Both the position numbers and the translations under genes were made by a program. From contig JAYODI010000063.1 in the NCBI GenBank assembly GCA_038279365.1, forward strand, positions 3,447-35,182: DNA of 31,736 bases. The letters are read 5' to 3'. How positions within the stretch are numbered: position 1 is the stretch's first letter; each line of letters begins with the position of its first letter. Below are positions 1 to 8,203 of this stretch, piece by piece. Source of the DNA: Candidatus Latescibacterota bacterium. GTDB lineage: Bacteria > Latescibacterota > UBA2968. The notes beneath the pieces were generated by a model. The model did no database searches and had not been told where the DNA came from. It saw nothing but the letters and a program-made list of their open reading frames with translations.

Positions 1-64
1 AGCGAATCAGCGCACAGGCGAAGCCTACAACGAGCGTAGCGAGTCATCAGCGAATCAGCGAATC
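1..64. repeat. Short structured repeat (CAGCGAAT units with GGCGAAGCC and CGAGCGTAGCGAG mini-hairpin motifs), truncated by window start
   Basis: AGCGAATCAGCG at 1-12, CAGCGAAT twice at 48-63, GGCGAAGCC at 17-25, CGAGCGTAGCGAG at 31-43. Confidence 0.5.
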
Positions 65-958
65 GGTGTGTGGTGGTTCTAAAAGTTGGATCAATCGGTC
101 GGGATAAATGGTGATGATGCCATCGACATCTAAGTTGATGAGTGTTTGCATGGTTTGTGGGTCGTTTACAGTCCAATAGTGAATTTTGAGATTGTGGTTT
201 CGGGCGGCATTTAAGAAGGCGGGGTGCGTGGTGTTAAACGGCCCCAATTTTTGAGGAATTTGCAAGGCTTGGGTGTTGGGGCAATAGGCGGCACTGAGGC
301 CGAGGCGACTGAGTGCATAAAAGGCGAGACCTTCTGTGAGTCCTGCGGAGGTGGCAATTTCGGGAAATTGTTCGCGAAAGGTTCGCAGTACGCTGCTGTC
401 AAAACAGGCGACAAGCACATTATTTGTCATGTTGTGCTGACGAATCAGGTTGCCAAATGCGGTGGTGATATCGGGTTCGGTTTGTTTGATTTCGATGATC
501 ATGCGGGTGTTGGGCAATGTGGTGAAGACTTCGGCGAGTGTGGGAATGGTGATGTTTTTGTCACGGTAGGGATATGTTTGGCCATTGTCTTTTGTCCAGG
601 TGTAACCTGCGTCGAGGATTTTGAGTTCTTTTAGGGTGAAGTCACGCACTTGGCCTTTGCCATTGGTGGTGCGGTCCACACCACTGTCGTGCAGGATGAC
701 CAAGACGCTGTCTTTTGTACTGCGTATATCCATTTCGAGTATGTCGATACCAAGTGCAATGGCTTGTTGGAAACCATAAATGGTGTTTTCCGGCCACAAT
801 CCATGTCCACCTCGGTGAGCAATAACTTCAACGCGGCCATTGCTTTGATCAAAAAAAGGATGGTTTTGAGCAGATTGGGTGAGATAAGTGGATATCAAAA
901 AGATGATGACCAATGTCAGGATGAACCAAAAGGCTATTGTGCGTAATTTTTTAAACAT
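47..958 (-). CDS. Glycerophosphodiester phosphodiesterase (GDPD family) with N-terminal membrane anchor
   Basis: IAHRGG, PENT, LEMDIR, VILHD, IEIK, WTVND and GIIT motifs; hydrophobic N-terminus; ATG at 958 with GGAG SD upstream. Confidence 0.93.
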   Translation of the reverse strand: MFKKLRTIAFWFILTLVIIFLISTYLTQSAQNHPFFDQSNGRVEVIAHRGGHGLWPENTIYGFQQAIALGIDILEMDIRSTKDSVLVILHDSGVDRTTNGKGQVRDFTLKELKILDAGYTWTKDNGQTYPYRDKNITIPTLAEVFTTLPNTRMIIEIKQTEPDITTAFGNLIRQHNMTNNVLVACFDSSVLRTFREQFPEIATSAGLTEGLAFYALSRLGLSAAYCPNTQALQIPQKLGPFNTTHPAFLNAARNHNLKIHYWTVNDPQTMQTLINLDVDGIITIYPDRLIQLLEPPHTDSLIR

Positions 959-1266
959 GTTTTCTCCCAAAGACGGTTATGCACAGGGAATAAGACGCTT
1001 AAGAAAGGTATATCCGTTTCAAAATAAAGTCTTTATCAATTATTTTAGAAAGAATTTGATTTTTAAACATTAATAGAAATGTTTTAGAATAAATATTTGT
1101 TTTATTTTAATTTATGATATGAAGGGAAATAATTTATAATTTTTATTAATTCTTTTGTTTGTTTAGTATTAAATTTTTTTGATAGAAATGGGAACCTTCG
1201 TCTTCTTCGAGCGTATCACATGGCGAAGACAATACCCTGGGAGGGTTTATGATGGAGGATTTTCCA

Positions 1267-1731
1267 ATGAAACGATTTTTGGTCTTGTTGCTTCTTGGCA
1301 GCTTGGCGTGGACTGTGCCCGTATCGGCTGATTCTATTGATTCGGTTGCCGTGCGTACTGCTGCGCAAGACTTACTTGCTGCTGCAAGTGCTGGTGATAC
1401 AGCAAATCTGAACCGCTTTTTTCTTTCTGAAAACAGCGTGTTTGGGCGCGATGGTGGGCCCCGTTCAACATTTAACGCATCTTTTTTACACAATGAGTTT
1501 GAAGCAGGATTGCGTTATAAATTAAAGTGGCGCCACCTTGATGTAAAGTTGTATGGCGATACGGCAGTGACCACGGGTTATGCTGTGGGCACCGTGACGC
1601 ATCCCGATGGGGCCGAAAAAACAGGTACGTGGCGTACGTCATTGGTGTGGGTGAAAAAAGATGGCGTGTGGAAAGTGGCGCACGATCATACGTCGAAGTT
1701 GTTTCCCGAACAGACAGATCATACGTCTTAG
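1267..1731 (+). CDS. Secreted NTF2-like / DUF4440 (SnoaL-like) protein
   Basis: Signal peptide MKRFLVLLLLGSLAWTVPVSA; DVKLYGDTAV and VWVKKDGVWKVAHDHTS typical of DUF4440; GGAGG SD before ATG 1267. Confidence 0.85.
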   Translation: MKRFLVLLLLGSLAWTVPVSADSIDSVAVRTAAQDLLAAASAGDTANLNRFFLSENSVFGRDGGPRSTFNASFLHNEFEAGLRYKLKWRHLDVKLYGDTAVTTGYAVGTVTHPDGAEKTGTWRTSLVWVKKDGVWKVAHDHTSKLFPEQTDHTS

Positions 1732-1777
1732 AGGGATTCTAACTGGGGATGAATATCTCCGATAATAAGGACATTTG

Positions 1778-1814
1778 GTGCCTCCTGTGATTGTTCACGG
1801 GAGGCACTTTATTT
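1778..1814 (+). terminator. Probable intrinsic terminator
   Basis: GTGCCTCCTGTGA-ttgt-TCACGGGAGGCAC followed by TTTATTT. Confidence 0.65.
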
Positions 1815-1915
1815 ATGTATTGAACTTTGATTGTGGCTGGGCTATATCCATGTAGGTGATTGGTGGGATGAAAGAGATACGGGATATTGAGGTTTAAGCG
1901 TATTGGAGGTAGGTG

Positions 1916-3538
1916 ATGCCAAGTATCAAGGTGGAAGATATTGGTTGGAAAGCTGAAAGTGATCAAGGTGTGGTTGCGGCAGGTGGTGCAGGGGCTGTTG
2001 CTGCAGGGATTGAGATTTTAGAAGCTGGAGGCAATGCGGCCGATGCAGCGGCAGGTACCATTTTGGCGTTGAATGTGACCGATCACTTTGCGTGTTCGAT
2101 TGGTGGCGAAGTGCCATTGTTGATTTTTGATGCCAAGACACAAACTGTAAAAGCCTTGAGTGGCATGGGACGTGCGCCACGTTCTCAAGAGGCAATTGAT
2201 TGGTATATGGAACATGGTATTCCCGGTGATGGGGATATGAAAATGGCGCCCGTGCCTTCGGTGGTGGATTTGGTTGTTACAACGCTTCAAAAATATGGTA
2301 CGATGTCATTTGAGGAAATTGTGGCACCCGTGTTGGCCATTTTGGATAAAGGTGAAGAAGATTGGCATCCCAATTTGGCGGTGACGTTGCGCAAGATGGT
2401 GGAAGAGGAGCAGTTGACGGAGGGCAGTCGTGAGGAGAAGTTGCAAGCGGCAACGGATCGGTTTTATGGGCGCAACAAACACCGCAATGATATTGCCGAA
2501 GATTTGGAAGCCTTTTATATCGCCAAGGGTGGTTTTTTGCGGCGTGAAGATTTGGCAGCGCATGTGACAACGGTTGAAGATCCGGTGACAGTGGATTATA
2601 AAGGATATACGATTTGTAAATGTGGTACGTGGACACAAGGGCCGTTTTTGTGCCAAGCTTTGCGGTTGCTTGAAGGGTTTGATTTGAAGGCGATGGGGCA
2701 TTTGTCTGCCGACTATATTCATGTGGTGACCGAGGCGATTAAGTTGGCTATGGCAGATCGAGATGCCTATTATGCCGATCCTGCATTTTCGGGTGTGCCT
2801 GTGGGGGCCTTGTTGTCCGATCGGTACACCAAAATGCGTCAGCCATTAATTGATATGCAAAATGCGTCATTGGATGCGCGACCCGGTGACCCGTATTTGA
2901 TGAAGCCGATTAAAGAAGGGGGCGTGTTTCGCCCAGGCGTTGGGGGCACGACAACGTGTGTGGTGGCAGATCGCTGGGGCAATGTGGTGTCGGCCACACC
3001 GAGTGCCAATGTGCATCGGCCTACTGTGGATGGTGGCACAACGGGTGTGACGTATGGCAATCGGTTGCGCAGTTTGAACACAACACCGGGTCACCCCAAT
3101 TGTATTGAACCGGGTAAACGTCCACGGATTACATTAACGCCCACATTGGTGCTAAAAGATGGCAAACCGATTTTGGCCATTAGTATTGCAGGGGGTGATT
3201 TACAAGATCAGGCCGCGTTGAATTTGTTGCTCGACTTTATTGAGTTTGATATTTGGCCCGAAGAAGCGGTGAATATGCCAAGGTTTGCGACGATGCACCA
3301 TCAGGATTCTTTTGACCCAAATCCTGTTCGTGAGCAGACGTTTAAGCAGGTGGGTTCATTGACTGTGAATGAGGGTGTGAGCCAAGAGGTGCGGGATGAA
3401 TTGACCAAACGTGGGCATACCGTGGATGTAAAAGAAGGTGCGATTGCGGTGCCAGTTATGGTTTATATTGATCAGGAGAATGGGAAATTTTATGCCGCAG
3501 GAGATCCGGCAGCAAGGCGGCATGCGGCGGGGTTGTAA
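1916..3538 (+). CDS. Gamma-glutamyltransferase family protein (Ntn hydrolase)
   Basis: GGNAADAA, SIGGE, nucleophile Thr in GGTTTCVVADRWGNVVSATPS, PGKRPRITLTP, GGDLQDQ; GGAGG SD. Confidence 0.92.
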   Translation: MPSIKVEDIGWKAESDQGVVAAGGAGAVAAGIEILEAGGNAADAAAGTILALNVTDHFACSIGGEVPLLIFDAKTQTVKALSGMGRAPRSQEAIDWYMEHGIPGDGDMKMAPVPSVVDLVVTTLQKYGTMSFEEIVAPVLAILDKGEEDWHPNLAVTLRKMVEEEQLTEGSREEKLQAATDRFYGRNKHRNDIAEDLEAFYIAKGGFLRREDLAAHVTTVEDPVTVDYKGYTICKCGTWTQGPFLCQALRLLEGFDLKAMGHLSADYIHVVTEAIKLAMADRDAYYADPAFSGVPVGALLSDRYTKMRQPLIDMQNASLDARPGDPYLMKPIKEGGVFRPGVGGTTTCVVADRWGNVVSATPSANVHRPTVDGGTTGVTYGNRLRSLNTTPGHPNCIEPGKRPRITLTPTLVLKDGKPILAISIAGGDLQDQAALNLLLDFIEFDIWPEEAVNMPRFATMHHQDSFDPNPVREQTFKQVGSLTVNEGVSQEVRDELTKRGHTVDVKEGAIAVPVMVYIDQENGKFYAAGDPAARRHAAGL

Positions 3539-3550
3539 TAAGCAAAAAAG

Positions 3551-3587
3551 AAAAGGAAGAAGAGAGCCATTCTCTTCTTCCTTTTTT
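3551..3587 (+). terminator. Intrinsic terminator downstream of GGT gene
   Basis: AAAAGGAAGAAGAGA-gccat-TCTCTTCTTCCTTTT plus T tract. Confidence 0.75.
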
Positions 3588-3641
3588 GTGTCTACGTCAT
3601 TCAATAAATATTGGGATAAAGGAATCCCTTTTTAGAAAATG

Positions 3642-3677
3642 AATAGTAATTTTACGCGCGCGTGTAAAATTACTATT
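3642..3677. repeat. Near-perfect 36-bp palindrome (candidate protein-binding site)
   Basis: AATAGTAATTTTAC-GCGCGCGT-GTAAAATTACTATT; 14-bp perfect arms, single G/T mismatch in the core. Confidence 0.8.
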
Positions 3678-3936
3678 GGATAGGCAATTTATGTCTATGT
3701 GCAAAAAAGAAAGATTGGCATTGTTCGTGAAACCAAATGTGTTGCTGTTTTGTCTCAAGTTGTGGTTATCTCATCATCTCAATTTGAGGAGGGCATTCCC
3801 GTGATTTAGATCGACCGATTTGTTCTGCAAAGGCGCATGACGCGTTGAATGATATTTGTCACATTGTGACCAGGGCTATCGGTATGTACGAATCATGAGG
3901 TTACCGTTTTGCCCAGGAGAAATGAGACATCGCATT

Positions 3937-3963
3937 GCCATCTAAATCTGGATGGCTTTTTTT
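3937..3963 (+). terminator. Intrinsic terminator
   Basis: GCCATCT-aaatct-GGATGGC followed by T7. Confidence 0.65.
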
Positions 3964-4015
3964 GTTTTGGGGAATCGTTGTTATATAAATGAATTCCTAT
4001 TTTGGAGATGAAGAT

Positions 4016-4090
4016 ATGAATGGCATTATCATAAAAGAAGCAAGTATGAGAGGCGCGGATGTTTTGGGAGAACTCAAATATAGAACCTGA
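4016..4090 (+). pseudogene. Possible gene stub (GNAT-like N-terminus, MNGIIIKEASMRGADVLGELKYRT*)
   Basis: GGAG upstream; IIKEAS..ADVLGEL resembles the IREAT.ED...I.EL start of GNAT acetyltransferases. Confidence 0.3.
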
Positions 4091-4134
4091 AAATTTTAAG
4101 ATAATGTCGAATTTCACCTGAGGAGAGATTGGCT

Positions 4135-4737
4135 ATGAGCGCTTGCCCACATTGCAACTTTGGACTTGGACAATCTGATATGAAACCCAACCGAGGTTTG
4201 ATCGTCTGTCCAGAGTGCGGAGAGACATACAGCATTCCGTGGTTGCCTTTTTTTGTTATTACGGGAGGGGGTGGTTGTGGAAAAACCACAGTTGCCCAAT
4301 CTTTGATTGGTCACTTGGATTCGTGTGTGATTATAGAGACTGACGACTATGGGTTGATTCGTGGTGGTTTCGATACAAACGATGATTTCTTTCACTATCT
4401 AATTTTTCTGAGCATGAAATTGTCACGAAACGGACGTCCTGTTGTACTTTGCGGATGGGTCGGCCCGAGTCAGATCTTAGCGTCATCACGCCTGAAATTT
4501 TTCTCAGCGGTTCATATTCTCGTTCTCACATGTGAAGCAGACGTGCAGACAGATCGGCTAAAGACGCGTAATCTGACACCACCGGCTGCTGAGAAGATTG
4601 AAATGGCACTTCGAGCAACACAGATTATGAAGAAAGAAGTTGAGACCTACGATAATGTGGTGGCTTTAGATACCACCCAACTCACCCAAGAACAGACTGT
4701 CGCTGAGGTAGAGCGTTGGATTTTGGAACGGCTTTAG
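4135..4737 (+). CDS. P-loop (NMP/gluconate-kinase-like, AAA_33-type) kinase with N-terminal Zn ribbon
   Basis: CPHC...CPEC, Walker A GGGGCGKTT, lid RLKTR, LDTTQLT motif; AGGAG SD. Confidence 0.82.
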   Translation: MSACPHCNFGLGQSDMKPNRGLIVCPECGETYSIPWLPFFVITGGGGCGKTTVAQSLIGHLDSCVIIETDDYGLIRGGFDTNDDFFHYLIFLSMKLSRNGRPVVLCGWVGPSQILASSRLKFFSAVHILVLTCEADVQTDRLKTRNLTPPAAEKIEMALRATQIMKKEVETYDNVVALDTTQLTQEQTVAEVERWILERL

Positions 4738-4826
4738 GTCGATTTGGATGATGTTGGTGTTGGAACGACCATTCTTAATTTTAGGGTATCTGTTGATTTG
4801 CACCACGGTATTGAAGGGGGAAAACG

Positions 4827-5570
4827 ATGACAGATATGGAACGATACTTGTTTGATATCAATGGTTTCATGGTTTTGCGCAGTGTGCTATCTCAAGATGA
4901 AGTGAAACGATTGATAGAGGCAATCCCTCGAGATGAGAAGGGTGAGATTATTCATCCACCTGATGATATCGCGTTTGAGGGGTTGTTAGGATATGATGAA
5001 CCTTTATATCGCAACTTGATTGATCACCCACGTGTATTGCCATATTTAGATTATTTGCTGGCGGAAAAGCGAGGTGGAACTTATGGGCCGAAGTGGTCTG
5101 GACGGTTCTTTTTGGGTCATGAATATGGTTTGGTATATGCACCAGGCGATGAAGGGTTTGGTTTTCACAATGGGGCAACGCCCTATAATGGGTGGTTGCA
5201 TTATCACACACAAGACAATCAGATTTATTGTGGCCTCACGTGTGTGGTTTGGTGTTTGACCGATTCAGAAGCGGGGCAAGGTGGTTTTGGGTGTTTGCCT
5301 GGTAGTCACAAAGCCTATTTTCCAATGCCTGAAGAAGTGACGGGTAAAAGATTTGTGCCCCAAGATGCGTATCAACCCGTGGTGAATGCAGGGGATGTGA
5401 TTATTTTTACAGAAGCATTGGTGCATGGGCCGCTGCCTTGGAAGGGTGCAACACAGCGATTGGCATTGTTTTATAAATATTTGCCAGGACACATGCCGTT
5501 GTTTCATGAACGAGATAAAGCGCTTTTGGATTTGATGACCGAGGAACAGATGAAGTATTTGAAATTTTGA
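4827..5570 (+). CDS. Phytanoyl-CoA dioxygenase (PhyH) family Fe(II)/2OG oxygenase
   Basis: YLFDINGF, LIDHP, GGFGCLPGSHKA, AGDVIIFTEALVHG..PW...QR motifs. Confidence 0.9.
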   Translation: MTDMERYLFDINGFMVLRSVLSQDEVKRLIEAIPRDEKGEIIHPPDDIAFEGLLGYDEPLYRNLIDHPRVLPYLDYLLAEKRGGTYGPKWSGRFFLGHEYGLVYAPGDEGFGFHNGATPYNGWLHYHTQDNQIYCGLTCVVWCLTDSEAGQGGFGCLPGSHKAYFPMPEEVTGKRFVPQDAYQPVVNAGDVIIFTEALVHGPLPWKGATQRLALFYKYLPGHMPLFHERDKALLDLMTEEQMKYLKF

Positions 5571-5579
5571 GGAGTATCT

Positions 5580-5660
5580 ATGGTTCGCTTCACAGATTCA
5601 CTTGAAGGTATTAAAGAAGAAGATTTGGCTGGATTTTTTCAGGGTTGGCCGAATCCACCA
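5580..5660 (+). pseudogene. Truncated GNAT acetyltransferase N-terminus
   Basis: GAGGAG SD; MVRFTDSLEGIKEEDLAGFFQGWPNPP matches the GFFxGWPNPP start of a GNAT subfamily, after which similarity stops. Confidence 0.6.
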
Positions 5661-5749
5661 TTTTTTAGAAAAATGAGACTCGATTTTGGAGACTGTAGCG
5701 CGCGTGTTTTTTGTTATGAATTGTTTGAACAATTAGAAAGGATACCCAA

Positions 5750-6694
5750 GTGGCGAATAAGCCATTTAGCGATGAGGTCATCTTATCCATTTTTCCGAAA
5801 GAGATTTTTCCGCTTTGGTTTTCTGACGTGTCGGATTTCGAAGTGGTTAAGAATCATTCTCGGATTGTTTATCGTGTTCAGGCCAATGGCGGGTGTTATT
5901 ACTTGAAGATTGCACCTGAATCAAAAGCCGAAGATGGTTGGTCTCCGAATAAGGAAAAGCTTGTGTTGTCATCAGACTTTGCGCGGCATTTGTCTGATAT
6001 GGGAGCACCTGTTGCGCGACCTGTTGTTTCCAAACAAGATCGTTATGTTGAAGAACATACGTTCTCAGATGTTGATATGGTGATTCAGGTTGCTGTTGAG
6101 GTGCCTGGTGTCACGGTTTCTGAAACGTGTACAGATTTGAATGTGTATCGCAGGTGTGGAATTGCTTTGGCGAAACTACATTCTGCGGCTGAGTATTTTC
6201 CTCAGGCTTCAAAATATGAGAAAGATGCTTGGGAAAATTATTGGATTGAGACGGGTCAGAAGATTCCTGAAAATCATGAGACATTGTTGGCTGAGTATAA
6301 ACGAATAGATACTTGGTTGAATGATAGTTGTCCATTGCCAGGAGGCAAGGGACTCACGCACGGTGACACAAATATTTTGAACTTTATTGATGACAAAAAT
6401 CGCGTGTCAATCATTGATGTGGATAATCCTGAATTTACGTGGTATGCGGTAGATATGAGCCATCCCTTTCGTCATCGGAATGAGGATATTTCACATGAAG
6501 AGCGGTTTGATCTTTGGTCGGCATTTTATTCGGGTTATTGCTCTGTGAGAGCGATTGATTTGGATTATGAGACGATTACGTGGTTGTTGCGGTTGTGGAG
6601 TTTGGATACGTATGTGATGTATATGCCTTATGGGGTGAAGAAAGAGTGGATGAAACGATTGCTTAGATTTATTGAAAACCCGAGTAAGTGGTAG
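5750..6694 (+). CDS. Aminoglycoside phosphotransferase / homoserine kinase type II-like kinase (APH fold)
   Basis: YYLKI, ALAKLH, catalytic HGDTNILN, IID motif; GTG start with GAAAGGA SD. Confidence 0.85.
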   Translation: MANKPFSDEVILSIFPKEIFPLWFSDVSDFEVVKNHSRIVYRVQANGGCYYLKIAPESKAEDGWSPNKEKLVLSSDFARHLSDMGAPVARPVVSKQDRYVEEHTFSDVDMVIQVAVEVPGVTVSETCTDLNVYRRCGIALAKLHSAAEYFPQASKYEKDAWENYWIETGQKIPENHETLLAEYKRIDTWLNDSCPLPGGKGLTHGDTNILNFIDDKNRVSIIDVDNPEFTWYAVDMSHPFRHRNEDISHEERFDLWSAFYSGYCSVRAIDLDYETITWLLRLWSLDTYVMYMPYGVKKEWMKRLLRFIENPSKW

Positions 6695-6704
6695 GAGGGA
6701 TGAA

Positions 6705-6842
6705 ATGCGTATTTCATTACAGATAGATCCACCGTTGACAGACCAGAAATTGGCCGATATTGAGCAACTCCTGGATTGTGTTGGTGCTGTGCTGGGTCAA
6801 GTTCATAAACATTTCATTTGCCTATCATTAAAAATTACATAA
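6705..6842 (+). pseudogene. Short ORF or gene stub (MRISLQIDPPLTDQKLADIEQLLDCV...)
   Basis: Strong AGGAGGG SD just after the upstream stop; 45 codons, 3' part AT-rich. Confidence 0.3.
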
Positions 6843-6896
6843 ATTTATGGTGATTATGTTTTTTAGATAGATCGTTCAGATCAAAGAGGCAAGAAT

Positions 6897-7214
6897 ATGA
6901 ACAAGGATTATGTTGAATTTCGAGATGAAGGTTATTGGGTTACAGACACCCGAGTATCGCTCGATTCTATTGTTTATGCATTTTTAGATGGACAAACGCC
7001 AGAAAGTATTGCCCAATCTTTTTCGGTATTAACACTGGAACAAATCTATGGTGCAATTGCGTTCTACCTTGCCCATCAGTCAGAAATAGAGACATATCTT
7101 CAAGTTACGAAAACAGATTTCGAAGCGAAACGAAATGCATCAAGAGAATCTGATCCTATGTTTCATCAGAAATTTGCTGATGCGCGCAGCCGTCTTAGGG
7201 CGGTTCATGAATGA
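6897..7214 (+). CDS. DUF433 domain antitoxin
   Basis: VTDTRVSLDSIV..F..GQTPESIAQSF..LTLEQIYGAIAFY is the DUF433 signature. Confidence 0.9.
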   Translation: MNKDYVEFRDEGYWVTDTRVSLDSIVYAFLDGQTPESIAQSFSVLTLEQIYGAIAFYLAHQSEIETYLQVTKTDFEAKRNASRESDPMFHQKFADARSRLRAVHE

Positions 7215-7561
7215 AGGTCAAGTTTCAAGCAGATGCAGACCTGAATCAAACGATTCTACAGGGAACGATACGACGAGAGTTGTCTATTGATTTTCGGACG
7301 GCATATGAGGCCGGTTTGTCGGGACTTAGTGATCCAGAGGTTTTGGCAATTGCGTCAGGGGATGGGCGAATACTTGTAACGCATGATCAAAAAACTATGC
7401 CAAGACATTTTGGCGAATTTATTATTGCTCAAACATCGCCAGGTGTTCTGGTTGTTCCCCAACATTTTTCGATTTCATCTATGATAGACGAATTGATTCT
7501 CATCTGGTCTATTACAGAAGCAAACGAGTGGATAAATAGGATCTGTTACTTGCCGTTATAG
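7211..7561 (+). CDS. DUF5615 family PIN-like toxin
   Basis: FQADADL, GLSDPEVLAIA..GRILVTHD..TMP.HF, SPGV; ATGA overlap with DUF433 gene. Confidence 0.88.
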   Translation: MKVKFQADADLNQTILQGTIRRELSIDFRTAYEAGLSGLSDPEVLAIASGDGRILVTHDQKTMPRHFGEFIIAQTSPGVLVVPQHFSISSMIDELILIWSITEANEWINRICYLPL

Positions 7562-7610
7562 TGGACTGTTTGAGGTAGATATTTTAGTTAAGCTATTATG
7601 TTTTAAGTAC

Positions 7611-7653
7611 AAAAAAGCACCGCTCATCTATTTCGAGCGGTGCTTTTCTTTTT
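7611..7653. terminator. Bidirectional intrinsic terminator
   Basis: AAAAAAGCACCGCTC-loop-GAGCGGTGCTTTTCTTTTT between convergent genes. Confidence 0.8.
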
Positions 7654-7666
7654 GATGTTACCACGT

Positions 7667-8203
7667 CTACGCGCTAAGCATTTTTTCAAATGAAAGCGTA
7701 TCGGAAACCGCTTTAATGACAGCGGCAATGCGGCCAATGTCGACAATGTTTTGTGCGCTGAGTTCTTGCTTGCGCATTTGTGCGGCGTGTGCATTGACAC
7801 AAACGCCACAGGCATTGACCACACTGGCAGCAAGGCTCCAACCTTCAAAGAGTGCTTGGCTGACACCACCGTGGTTCATCATCACATTCATACGCAATTT
7901 GGCAGGTTGTTTTTTAACTTCTTCGTCTTTGACCAAATCGGTGAATTTGTACCACACATTGTTCATGCTCATAATGGCTGCAGCTGCTTTGACACCGTTG
8001 AGGTGGGTTTCATCGAGGTGTTCTTTGGCATCTTCCAAAATACCTTGAATCACGTCTGCATTTTTGCAAACCAACGCAGCGGTGAGTGCCGAGCCCCAAG
8101 CCATTGCAGGCTCAAGGCTTGACGTGGTGATGACGGAACCAAGGTTGAGACGCAGGTCTTTTGCATAGTCGGGAACGGCAGATCTGATGGCATCAACACC
8201 CAT
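7667..8203 (-). CDS. ahpD: Alkyl hydroperoxide reductase AhpD (CMD family)
   Basis: PDYAKDLRLNL, AAAIMSMNNVWY, SLAASVVNACGVCVNAH (CxxC); TAATG coupling to ahpC. Confidence 0.92.
   Translation of the reverse strand: MGVDAIRSAVPDYAKDLRLNLGSVITTSSLEPAMAWGSALTAALVCKNADVIQGILEDAKEHLDETHLNGVKAAAAIMSMNNVWYKFTDLVKDEEVKKQPAKLRMNVMMNHGGVSQALFEGWSLAASVVNACGVCVNAHAAQMRKQELSAQNIVDIGRIAAVIKAVSDTLSFEKMLSA

Noticed and set aside
971..1200. Very AT-rich tract as a replication origin
   Set aside because: No DnaA-box cluster or origin-linked genes; it is consistent with a divergent promoter region.
5580..5906. 108-aa ORF as an intact gene
   Set aside because: Only the first ~27 codons look protein-like; the rest overlaps the APH-like gene in another frame.
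3600..7600. Integron cassette array
   Set aside because: The genes are co-oriented and end with a TA pair, but I found no RYYYAAC...GTTRRRY attC structures between genes and no integrase.
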